This document shows, piece after piece, positions 23,571 to 34,560 of a DNA stretch of 64,000 nucleotides (position 1 is its first letter; every line of letters begins with the position of its first letter). The stretch is from Octopus sinensis (taxonomy: Eukaryota), in the NCBI RefSeq assembly GCF_006345805.1, contig NC_042999.1, forward strand, positions 20,026,001-20,090,000, written 5' to 3'. A program made the position numbers and the translations under genes. The notes under the pieces are model-generated. The model did not search any database. It was not told the origin of the DNA and saw only the letters and a list, made by a program, of their open reading frames with translations.

Positions 23571-23868
23571 AGAGGCACATGGCCTAGTGGTTACAGCAGC
23601 GGACTCACGGTCGAGGGATCGCGGGTTCGAATCTAATACCGGGCGATGTGTGTGTTCATGAGCGAAATGCCTAAGCTCCATGTGGCTCCGGCAGAAGGTA
23701 ATGGTGGACTTCTGCTTACTCCTTCGCCACCACTTTCTCTCACTCTTTCCTCCTGCATCTTGCAGTTCGCCTGCGATGGACTGGCGTCTCGTCCAGGTGG
23801 GGAACCTATACGCCAAGGAAACCGGGAAACCGGCCCTTATGAGCCAGGCATGGCTCGAGAAAAAAAAC
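23571..23868 (+). mobile_element. tRNA-derived SINE with V-domain-like segment
   Basis: A box tggcctagtggtt, B box ggttcgaatct, cctgcgatggactggcgtctcgtccaggtg (23770-23799) resembles the V-SINE domain. Confidence 0.75.
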
Positions 23869-24461
23869 ATGTCAGCTCTGACCAAACCATCCAACCAATG
23901 CCAGCATGGACAACATACATCAAGTGATGATGAGGATATATATATATGTACATGTATATATATAGTTTTTTTTTTCTTATAGTAACTCAAATTGAGTTGT
24001 TTGCTTTGCAGCTCTAATTTCAGTTTCACCAAGAAAACCACATCCTTTCCGACGTGTGTTGAGTACAGCTTAACTCAATTGTCCAATGTAAACCAATACA
24101 TTGTAAACATCTATTTAAGAACTGGTTCTGTAGGCAAAATGATGTGTTTGCACTGAGCTACAGATGATACCTTGTCACTCTGCCTGTCAGAAATCCAGTG
24201 AACCAAAGATTAACCAGCTGCCAAATGGTAAACAATGAGACTTTTCATGGATTATGTTATAAATTAAACGGATAAATAATACAGTTAGGATTATATTTCA
24301 AGTGTGTGTATGTTGTACAATTCTCATGTCAAACGTCAAATTAAACAGGCATCATTGAATTCTTATTTCCATCAGATTATACCCTAACTGTCTTAAAAGG
24401 ATGGTGATTTGCATAATGTCATATTGGGTTCTCTGCACGTGTTTTTTTTATCAAAGTTATA

Positions 24462-25161
24462 CAGGAAAACACAAAAGTGCTGCATATCAACAACAAACAG
24501 CAGGAGCCAATCACAATCGAGGGAGCACCTGTGGAGGACGTTAATGAGTTTATCTGTCTTGGTAGCAAGATCAGCAAATCAGGTGGATCAGACGAGGACA
24601 TCACGGCAAGAAGCAAGAAGGCTTGGCAAGCCTTCACTATTCTTCGGCCCATATGGACATCCACTGCCGTTTCAACTCGAACTAAACTCCGCTTATTTAG
24701 TTCAGACGTAAAATCTTTGCCTTTGTATGGCTCTGAAATATGGAGAGCCACCTGCAGCAACTACAAGAAGATCCAGATCTTCAACAACAAATGTCTCCGG
24801 CAGATCCTCCATCGGAAGTAGTTTGACAGAATGCCAAACACCGACCTGTTGGAAAAGGCCAATCAGGAGCGCATACGTGTTCAGATTAGACGAAGGAAAT
24901 GGAGATGGATCGGGGACACACTGCAGAAAGAACCATCAAATGGGACACGACAAGCACTTGACTGGAACCCGCAGGGAAAAAAGAAAAAAGGAAGCGTGGA
25001 CGCCCGAAGCAGACATGGAAGCGGAACATTTTGGATGAGCTCAGGACCACCGGCCTAACATGGGAAGCAGCCAAGAAACACGCCAATGACCGCAAAAAGT
25101 GGAAAACAACTGTTGAGGCCCTGTGCTCCATAAAGGGCAAAAAGGATTAAGAAGAAGAAGA
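24462..25161 (+). pseudogene. RTE-clade LINE 3' fragment (RT thumb/C-terminus)
   Basis: VEDVNEFICLGSKIS...PLYGSEIW...NNKCLRQIL*...IRRRKWRWIGDTL...ALDWNPQGK; stop and frameshift; (GAA)n tail. Confidence 0.9.
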
Positions 25162-25380
25162 ATACATGGTTAAGACAGTCACAATGCTAAGTGATAACAA
25201 CAAATAAGTGCTAACTTTGTGTAATGGAAATTAATATATGATCTTGGTTGAAGTATCACTTTCCAAGTAAATACTCAGAAGTACAACCTGGTTACTGTTG
25301 TGGTGGAAACTTTGCCAGATCAGATTGGAGCCTGGTGCAGCCTTCTGGCTTGCCAGTGCTCAGTCAAGCAGTCCTATATG

Positions 25381-25605
25381 TATTTCTTTACTACCCACAA
25401 GGGGCTAAACATAGAGGGGACAAACAAGGACAGACAAATGGATTAAGTCGATTACATCGACCCCAGTGCGTAACTGGTACTTAATTTATCGACCCCGAAA
25501 GGATGAAAGGCAAAGTCGACCTCGGCGGAATTTGAACCCAGAACACTTAACGGCAGACGAAATACGGCTACGCATTTCGCCCGACGTGCTAACGTTTTTG
25601 CCAGC
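25381..25605 (-). mobile_element. SINE family B monomer inserted in a family C copy
   Basis: Full head (gctggcaaaaacgttagcacg) to tail (cttgtgggtagtaaagaaata). Confidence 0.85.
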
Positions 25606-25740
25606 AGGCCTATATGGACGGTGGACAGTTTGCCAGCATGGAAAGCAGATGTGAAACAAGGATGATGGTGATGAAGAAGCTGACAGATTCATTAGTGGAC
25701 TAGACTAATTACTTAGCAGCATTTCTCCAAGCTTTTTACA

Positions 25741-26068
25741 TTCATCATCATCATCATCATCGTTTAGCTTCCGCTTTCCATGCTGGCATGGGTTGGACGG
25801 TGCAACTGGGGTCTGGGAAGCCAGAAGGCTGCACCAGGCCCAGTCTGATCTGGCAATGTTTCTACGGCTGGATGCCCTTCCTAACGCCAACCACTCCATG
25901 AGTGTAGTGGGTGCTTTTTACGTGCCACCTGCACAGGTGCCAGACAAGTCTGGCAAACGGCCACGGTCAGGATGGTGCTTTTTACGCGCCACCGGCACGG
26001 AAGCCAGGCGAGGCTGGCAACGGCCACGATCGGATGGTGCTTTTTACGTTCCACCGGCACGGAAGCTG
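25741..26068 (-). mobile_element. Repeat family C copy
   Basis: (cat)n tail + ggatgcccttcctaacgccaaccac. Confidence 0.85.
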
Positions 26069-26260
26069 AGTTGAAATTCTGCTTAGGTCAACATTACTTT
26101 TCATCTTTTTGAGATTGATAAAATAAGTAATAGGACATTGAGGTTGATGTAATGAACTTGCCCCCTTCTCTCCGAAGACTGACGGTCGTGTGCAAAATTT
26201 GAAAGATTATTTTTGAGTGTAACAAACAGTATTTTGATAATTAATTTGTAAAGTGTCATA

Positions 26261-26709
26261 GGCGTAGGAGTGGCTGTGGGGTAAGTAGCTTGCTTATGAA
26301 CCACATGGTTTCAGGGTTCAATCCCACTGCATGGTACCTTGGGCAAATGTCTTTTACTATAGCCTTGGGCCAACCAAAGCCTTGTGAGTGGATTTGGTAC
26401 ACGGAAACGGAAAGAAGCCCGTCGTATATATAAATAAATATATATAAATATATATATATATATATATGTGTTTGTGTGTGTGTGTGTGTGTGTGTATGTT
26501 TGTGTGTCTGTGTTTGTCCCCACAACATCGCTTCACAACCGATGCTGGTGTGTTTTTACATCCCTGTAACTCAGCGGTTCGGCAAAAGAGACCGATAGAA
26601 TAAGTACTAGGTTTACAAAGAATAAGTCCTGTGGTCGATTTGGTCAACTAAAGGCGGTGCTCCAGCATGGCCAGAGTCAAATGACTGAAACAAGTATAAG
26701 AGTAAGTAA
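26261..26709 (+). mobile_element. SINE family A copy
   Basis: Full head to tail with internal TA/TG tract. Confidence 0.9.
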
Positions 26710-27874
26710 ATATGTTATATTTTTAATATTTTGTTGCTTCTCTTTTACAAAAAATTTTCTGAAAAATTTTGAACAAAATATATTAAATGAATAATATCAT
26801 ATTTAAGAAAGTCCAACCTATGTGCTATGAATCTAATATAATGAATAAATTTTGAATTCCATTTGTCTTACACTCATGGACATTCTAACAAAATCAAAGC
26901 ACGACACAACACACGTGACTTTTGGAAACATTTTTCCATGCTCAGAATCGCTGAAGCCTAGAACAAACTACCCACATCAGTTGTTAACTTTAGGGACACT
27001 ACATACTTTAAAACTTCCCTGTTTCACAAAATTCACCAACCGTACACCTGATGCCCCACTTTATTTTATTCTTTCTTTCTTCATTGAATGACTCACTTCC
27101 TGTACATTATTGTATGTTCTGTTCATGCACTTTTAGTTACATTCTCTGATGACTTGTAGTACACCTGAGAGCTGTGTATATTAAGTTCATTATAACTATA
27201 ATTATTCATATACATTTCCCTCCATATTTCTGTCACTTTGTTTCAATCAATTTTGAAACTAATGAATTTAGTAAAATAAATATGATGTTTTCAAAGTTGT
27301 GCTTGGAATATAAATTATTATGAAATTTTGATGGACAGTTTTTTATTTAGATTTTTTAAATTCTTTTTACAACAGGAAGAATGTATGATAAAACCAGGGC
27401 AGTGTGGGGCAAATTTTAAAAATATTTGGATTTCTGCTTATCTTTTTATAGAACGTGTTGCATTTGATGTTGTTTATTTTGGCATTTGGCCATTTAATAC
27501 AATCTAAATCATTATATGGTTTCAGGATTTTTAAACATATCTACTCGAATTTAAGTTAAGAAGTTATTACTTTATGTGTTATTTTTCATTTGTCATATTA
27601 AATTTTGACTGGCATAATGTTATAAATATTTCCTATAAATATATTCTAACCACTGCTGGTCATGACAAAACATTGAGATATTTAGTATATGATGAATAAA
27701 TAACAGGATTAAAGTAACATGAAAATACACTGTGCATTTGTAAAGTATTGCATCCGTTATTGAACTTTGCTCTGCTTCTTTCTCTTTAAATTGGTTATTG
27801 AAGAGAATATTATACATTTGTATGTATATTTATATATGTGTCTGTGTACATATATATATGTATATGTATGTATG

Positions 27875-27953
<79 letters not shown>

Positions 27954-28287
27954 TAGAAATATGTTACGAAAAGAAAACATAAAATACACGTGGAAATGTA
28001 AGGGTAAAATATGAAAAATCACCGAAAATGGACATTGCGAATAAAAAAGGCTATTTATGACAGGTAACGACAAATAAAAACATTTAGATTGACTGAGGTA
28101 GTAATACGAGTCATAAAAGTCATTATTATGAGATGATTATAAGATGATAATAAAGTAAGAGAACAAAACGAACCAATGGTTTACGCGAAGCTATTCATAT
28201 ATATATATGAATTATATATATATATATATAACAATTTTGACAGGCATGATGAAGCAAGCATAAGTTTAACCCATAGCTAACAGTGAG

Positions 28288-28344
28288 ACCTACTGATGAG
28301 AACTAAGGGAACTATCTCTAAGTTCAAAATCACGTGATATAGGT
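28288..28344 (+). ncRNA. Hammerhead relic with a G12->A core change
   Basis: ACCTA-CTGATGA-GAACT..AGTTC-AAAA-TCACGTGA-TA/TAGGT. Confidence 0.55.
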
Positions 28345-29461
28345 AAATCTGTGATCTCCATTTGTGACTTTCAACTGTAATGATAACTTAAAATTTGCTC
28401 ATTTGTTTATTTTCGTCAGCCTGCTTTGTTTTTCAGTGAAATGGTAACTTATCAGAGTAAGTTTGGACTCTTATTTCTAGCAATGCTGGTACTTTGTGAA
28501 CCCTCAGTTATAATTAAGGATCTATCTATATATAAATTCCTTTGTCTCAAATGGCTCAAACAAATCAAATCAAATTTTACATGGTAATACTATCAGAACT
28601 TGTCACTGTCAACATGTAAATTTTTTGGATTAAAAAAATGCAACATTGGCACTGGTTTCGTATTACATGTTAAAACTCAAAGAATAACATTTATATTGAA
28701 ATATGATTTATTGTTTCACTTCTATACTTTTACTTTTAATTCTAACCACCATCACGACGACGATGTCACATTTTGTATATGACTGTGTATCTGTCTGTGT
28801 ATGTATGTGCGTCAGTGTATGAGTGTGCATATGTCACACAGTGTGTTTTCCGCGTTAGGTACGTTATTAAACATACTATATGTATGTGAGGACTGATCAC
28901 TGTCAATACGAAATTTTATTTTTATTCCGATTAAAACAATATAACTTTTCATAGAGACAATCTTTCTATTTACGGAGTTGTACTCTCACAAAGCAAGTGA
29001 CTTGATCGTGTGCACGGAACATATATATATATTATATATATATATATATTAATAAATGAAATAAAACATATGCATATATATAAACATATATGTACGTACC
29101 TACCTCTACATGTACATATACACGCATATATGAGTACAGGACACCAAAGGGACGTCGAACACAAAGCGAGACGAAAACATAGACACAAACCAAAGGAACT
29201 GGACATTTTTTAAAAACAACAAAAAATGGAGTACAGGACAATTAACACAAAGAAATATATATATATATATATATATATAAGTTCAGCAAAAATTTAGATT
29301 CAAATGAATATGGTACTTAATTTTGAGGCACCAGAATTCTGTATGGTGTTATCCATATAAATCCGTGGGGTGATTATAATCTAAATAAGCAACATGAATG
29401 ACTCCGGTAATTTGGTACGATCGTACCATGTTACCGGAGTCATTCTTGTTGCTTAATGTGA

Positions 29462-29495
<34 letters not shown>

Positions 29496-29992
29496 CATAA
29501 ATGAGGGCAAAGGGAAAAAATTCTAATGCCAAATATGCCGAAAAATTGGACATATTGTCCATTAACCATGTAGCAATATCGTCTCTCAGTGCTATCTTCA
29601 CTGTTTGAGAAGAGTATATAGAATGACCTCGGTCGAGATTACAAACAGCTTTGGCTAGTTCAACATTGATGTAAACACTAATTCGATTGGCTGACACGTT
29701 GGTCTCTACTACGCTCGCACCGCTGGTTATAACTTGGCGCAAAATGTCTCGACTTATTTTCGCGCCATAGTCCAAGCAGCCAATCACAGCTTTCCATTTC
29801 TGAAGTTCACTGGGAGCCTGATGAAGCTTATAAAACAAGGTTTCTCAGAAAAATATTCGCCTTAGGTTCCCAGTCTTTGAGTAAGTTATTTGGAGTTATT
29901 CAGGTGTGTTTATTCTGGTGTGTTTATTTCAAGTGAAGAGGTGGTGAGTTCGAATTCGTTGGAGGACGTGGAATAATTTTTTTTTCCTGAAA

Positions 29993-31063
29993 ATGCAAGA
30001 ACAGACTTACGCGCGAGCGGCAGGCAGAGGCCTGGTTGCCGGTGAGCTGGAAATGGAGGAGGTGGTGGTAGAACAGAAGACTTTACAGAAGTATTTCGAC
30101 AGTTTAAAGAGGGAGGGTGACTGCGTAAGAGTCACACCGTCCGAGGAGGAGGAAAGCAGTGCAGAAAAGCGTACTATAACGTACAGGACGTGGTGTGTGG
30201 AGTCGAAAAAAATTGAAGTAGCGGAAATGAAAGAAGTAGAAGAATGTCTGAAGGAAATTGAGGGCGAACCCACATTTTTCAAAAGAGGAAAGAAATATGC
30301 CACGGTGGTGGTATATTTTGAAACAGAAAATGAGGCAAAAAAGAACGCAACAAGACTTTTGAAATCGGATAAGTGGACTTTGCTACCAAGTTACTGCGGA
30401 AGGAGAGCAGTGAGGATGAGAATCAATAGAATCTCACCCGAATTTAATATGGAAAGGTTGCTGGCAGCAGTGCTGTTTAACTGCAAGGATGATGTGGAGG
30501 TACTGAAGGTGGAGAAGTCAGCGGAGGTGAAATGGTGGGGATATACGGTGCAGGTTCTCGCACACATTACCGTGCGAGACCTGTACAACATCCCGGAGGA
30601 GCTGGTCTACCCTGACGAGACACGGCTCCGAGTTGTGGTAGAGGGAAGACCCCCAATCTGCTACAATTGTAAATCGAGGGGCCACATGAAGGATGTGTGC
30701 CCGCGAGAAAAAACAAAAGCACCAGAGGTTGTGATGGAGGAGTATAGAGATGCGTGTGTGGAGGAGGCGAAAGCGGAGGAAATACGAATGGAGGAGCAGT
30801 TGAATGAGGAAGAACGAGCGAGTGCAGAAGAGGAAAAGACAGAAGACAGGAAGAGATCAAGGGTGGAATCACCACCGAAAGATCAAAAAAAGAAAAAAAT
30901 TAAAAGCAAGATAGCAGAAGAGAGAGAAGAGAAAACATATAAAGAACAGGAAGTAAAAGAGAAGGCGAGAGAGCGGCCAAGGACAGAGTTTGAACAAGAA
31001 TGGGAGACAAGAGTGAACGAGCAATTGGAATCGTGCAAATATGGAAGAAGGCCTACAGGATAA
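29993..31063 (+). CDS. Retrotransposon ORF1/gag-like nucleic-acid-binding protein, 356 aa (RRM-like + CCHC zinc knuckle + Glu/Lys-rich tail)
   Basis: Non-repetitive open frame with ATG start; VEGRPPICYNCKSRGHMKDVCP = CX2CX4HX4C; TVVVYFETENEAKK is RNP1-like. Confidence 0.85.
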   Translation: MQEQTYARAAGRGLVAGELEMEEVVVEQKTLQKYFDSLKREGDCVRVTPSEEEESSAEKRTITYRTWCVESKKIEVAEMKEVEECLKEIEGEPTFFKRGKKYATVVVYFETENEAKKNATRLLKSDKWTLLPSYCGRRAVRMRINRISPEFNMERLLAAVLFNCKDDVEVLKVEKSAEVKWWGYTVQVLAHITVRDLYNIPEELVYPDETRLRVVVEGRPPICYNCKSRGHMKDVCPREKTKAPEVVMEEYRDACVEEAKAEEIRMEEQLNEEERASAEEEKTEDRKRSRVESPPKDQKKKKIKSKIAEEREEKTYKEQEVKEKARERPRTEFEQEWETRVNEQLESCKYGRRPTG

Positions 31064-31330
31064 AACTTGAAGGCAGTGGTGATGTATATCAAGAATACAG
31101 AAGTGGAAAAGAGACTTGTAGGTAAGAAAGGGTTGGTCAGGGTGAAGGTGAACCCAAAACTGTATGGTGACGACGTGAAAGGCGTCATTATAGACAAAGA
31201 GACATATATAAAATTAAAAAAGATGTTTAATGCTATGCATATAACGCATTATGTGCGGTACGATAAATTGCCAGATGTTATAGACCAAACGGACCTATTG
31301 GATTATATGACGGACGAGCGTCTAATGTAG
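31064..31330 (+). CDS. In-frame ~88-aa continuation of ORF1 beyond a TAA stop
   Basis: Same frame as 29993-31063; protein-like composition; no ATG at its start (TTG at 31067). Confidence 0.5.
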   Translation, partial: NLKAVVMYIKNTEVEKRLVGKKGLVRVKVNPKLYGDDVKGVIIDKETYIKLKKMFNAMHITHYVRYDKLPDVIDQTDLLDYMTDERLM

Positions 31331-31595
31331 AATTGTTAATTGTAAAATTGTATAATGTTAACATGTAAAATTGTAAAATTGAACTGAAATATATGTAACT
31401 GTGAAATTGTATTGGAATATATGAAATGTAAAATTGTATTTTAAACGGAACTGCGAGTTGGGGGTTCGTAAGCCGTTCCATCTCATTACATATAATTCAT
31501 TTTTTACTTCATATTTTATTTTTATTTTATGTACCCCATGTCCCGTCTTGTAATGTCCCCCTCTTCGTGGCCCCTTGTGGGTAATAAAGAAACAC

Positions 31596-32020
31596 CTTAG
31601 GTTTCCAGTCCTTCTCAGGGCGAACCTCTGACCACACACAGCTCGTCTTAGGTTTCCAGTCCTTCTCAGGGCGAACCTCTGACCACACACAGCTCGCCTT
31701 AGGTTTCCAGTCCTTCTCAGGGCGAACCTCTGACCACACACAGCTCGTCTTAGGTTTCCAGTCCTTCTCAGGGCGAACCTCTGACCACACACAGCTCGTC
31801 TTAGGTTTCCAGTCCTTCTCAGGGCGAACCTCTGACCACACACAGCTCGTCTTAGGTTTCCAGTCCTTCTCAGGGCGAACCTCTGACCACACACAGCTCG
31901 CCTTAGGTTTCCAGTCCTTCTCAGGGCGAACCTCTGACCACACAGAGCTCGTCGTAGGCTTTTAGTTCTTTTAAGAACTAAGTCTCTGACCACACAGAGA
32001 ATACTCGACCAAGTTCCAGT
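31596..32020. repeat. 51-bp minisatellite, 7 near-identical units + degenerate tail
   Basis: cttaggtttccagtccttctcagggcgaacctctgaccacacacagctcgY at 31596, 31647, 31698, 31749, 31800, 31851 and 31902. Confidence 0.97.
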
Positions 32021-32815
32021 TTCGAGGCAGGCGACCACCATTAATACAAGATGTTACAGATACCTCTCATACTGTTAGTGTGAAAAATCACCATGAAGAA
32101 AACGGTTACAAGATATCTATAACTAGAGAAACATAACCAAGCAGAACATATAATGAAGAAGCAGCAAGAACCAATCGACAAACATCGAAGATTTAAATTG
32201 TACACGAGACAACTACAGATTCAACTATAGCGGTTAGGTGAAATTCTCGCCACGAAGAAAACGGCTACAGTAACATGTCTGGAAGTATATTCATATCAAG
32301 AGAAAGATAAACACAACGAGTGATTCAATTAATCTCAACTGCGACACGCAATACCTTGATATAGAACTCTTACAGTGTACCTCATAAACGGTAAATCAAT
32401 TATCTGTTTCTTGGGTTCTAGTTTCTTCTAAGAACTACCTTAAGCCATCTGTTGTTACCTGTTGCCAAGCCGATACCAACAACATTAACTGTGAATCAAA
32501 TCCCATCGTCATTTTCACTGGTCAGTACCTTTTTACGCCTAACGAACACACAGACACAAAAACATGCGAACACTTACAAACTTCCAACATCAAACATGAT
32601 TGTAAAATATGTAAAATAAATAATGTATATATCTTAAAAAGAAATCTTGTTGTCATTCCAAACTTATGTGTATTGCCGCTGCATGTAAAATATAGTCAGT
32701 AAAATATATTATTAAGAATAGGAGAACGTAACTATTTTTATAACCATATAATTATTTCACAATACGCACGCTACTCGAAAAAAGGTCGACAGAAATTTCT
32801 AAAAAATTCCATTAT

Positions 32816-32873
32816 TACCATATCGGACCGATTTCAGAGTTAGCTATTAAGAGACCTCTCTTCGTCAGTGATA
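32816..32873 (-). ncRNA. Type-I hammerhead ribozyme (predicted)
   Basis: Minus: TATCA-CTGACGA-AGAG..CTCT-GAAA-TCG(GTC)CGA-TA/TGGTA. Confidence 0.75.
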
Positions 32874-33062
32874 CATGTGGCAAAATAAATAAATGAGATA
32901 CTTACTCATACCCATGGAAGAAGCAAATACTAAGTCATGGGCACAACTAAGTACCCCAAATACATTCAAAATAGAAATACTCCAGCCCATTCGAGGCACG
33001 TACGATTTGAACTGAGGCTCTCACAGAGCGAGTTAGTTATTTCGGAAGTGAACGCTTAAATT

Positions 33063-33374
33063 TATATCAAATGTGAGGATAAAATTCTTTTCGAAAAAAA
33101 GTATTTTCTCGAAACAAATTTTATCAATGGCCAGCATATTAAAAAATACCTTTAACGGTTAAATTTATAAACAATTCATAAATGCGTATTGTGAAAAAAT
33201 TATATGGTTAATGGACAATATGTCAAATTTTTCGGCGTATTTGGCATTAGAATGTTTTTCCTTTGCCCTCATTTATGAATTGTTTATAAATTTAACCGTT
33301 AAAGGTACTTTTTAATATGCTGGCCATTTTTTCGAGAAAATATTTTGTTTGGAAAAGAATTTTATCCTCACATT

Positions 33375-33382
<8 letters not shown>
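33063..33382. mobile_element. Fold-back element (~115-bp arms, ~90-bp spacer) of the same family as the 32816 ribozyme flank
   Basis: tatcaaatgtgaggataaaattc...aattcataaatg / catttatgaatt...gaattttatcctcacatttgata; the spacer matches 32740-32770 and 29492-29580 on the reverse strand. Confidence 0.75.
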
Positions 33383-33410
<28 letters not shown>

Positions 33411-34239
33411 TTCGACAGAATAACAGCTATGCATACAACTTGAACAGCCACACATATCAGTACATAAACATATATTTACATGTACATACACATATACGCA
33501 CATGCAGACACGTCTACACACTTACATATGTAAATGCTGGCATACATACCTTAATTCATACTTACATACGTACATTTATGCGTTTATGCATGTACGCGCA
33601 TTTACACATATACATGCATACATACACACACATACATACATTCATACACACATGCATAAACACATACATAAACACATATATATCATGAACTAACAGTTAC
33701 TTTCTCAGATGCAACACGAAGTTTTGTCAGTGAAGACGTCGCAGTTTCAAAGTGACGAAAATATTTTGATACAAATAAAATCTAAATGCCGAAGTGAAAC
33801 TATCGGTCTTTGAGTTTCTTGAGTGGCTCACAAACATCTTCCATGCTGCAATCTTGCTATTGTCAACAGGACGTTTTATACCACAACGACAACGACATTA
33901 CATTTTGTATATGACTGTGTATCTGTCTGTGAGTGTATGTGTGTAAGTGTATAAGTATGTATATGTCTCATATTGTGTCTTTCTGTGTTAGGTAGTTATT
34001 AAATACACATTTCCACATACATACATATATATATATATGTATATATGTGTGTGTGTGTAACGGTGTGTTATTAAACACACACAAACACATCTACACATAC
34101 ATATTCATATTTGATCACTGACGACAACGACGTCCCATTTCATATGACTGTGTATCTGTCTGTAAATGTATATGTGTAAGTGTATGAGTGTGTATGTCTC
34201 ACAGTGTGTATATGTGTCTTGTTTTGTTTTTACTGTCCT

Positions 34240-34560
34240 GTTCTTGTTACCACTTTTACCCCTCCGCAAAAAAACTCAAATTTTATTTAATTTGCTTTGC
34301 GGAAAGGACTGTTTCAAAGAAGTCGTGTCTTGTCCTTACCTTTGAAACTCAGAGTATACGAATCAGGGACAACTGAGGAAGGGGAATATTTCTTGTGTTG
34401 TATGTCTTGTACGGTGTTTTTTCTTTGTTCGAAAAAGTTCGTTTCTATGTCTTTATTTTTATGTTTTCGTTTCTCATTTTTTCAACGTTTTTTTGATGTC
34501 CTGTACCCATAGATGCATTTATATATACATATAGATATAGGCATGTACATATATGTATAT
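34240..34560 (+). mobile_element. Penelope-like non-autonomous repeat end (family also at 28990-29240, 43100-43280 and 53460-53820)
   Basis: Shared gtcctgtacccata..gcat, caactgaNgaaggg and ttcgtttctatgt motifs; hammerhead-like debris; the PLE assignment is inferred. Confidence 0.5.

Larger units (their letters stand above)
29879..31594 (+). mobile_element. RT-less (half-LINE, HAL1-like) Tx1-family retroposon
   Basis: TSD ccttaggttcccagtcttt (29860-29878) / ccttaggtttccagtcctt (31595-31613); ORF1 only; LINE-type tail gccccttgtgggtaataaagaaac. Confidence 0.7.

Noticed and set aside
23571-23645. tRNA genes (also 20420-20493, 62440-62510 and the SINE A/B heads)
   Set aside because: A/B boxes are present but there is no complete cloverleaf, and each continues into a multi-copy SINE body.
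29440-29838. 132-aa minus-strand ORF
   Set aside because: It ends in repeat and (TA)n sequence, has no recognisable motif, and has a TTG start.
31358-32041. Minus-strand 227-aa and 138-aa ORFs with 17-aa repeats
   Set aside because: They are a by-product of a 51-bp (multiple of 3) minisatellite and are open in two frames.
29492-33281. 3.8-kb DNA transposon with ~90-bp TIRs enclosing the ORF
   Set aside because: The 'TIRs' are internal parts of two separate fold-back/PLE-type repeats; the right one lies within its own palindrome, there is no TSD, and the ORF is ORF1-like rather than a transposase.
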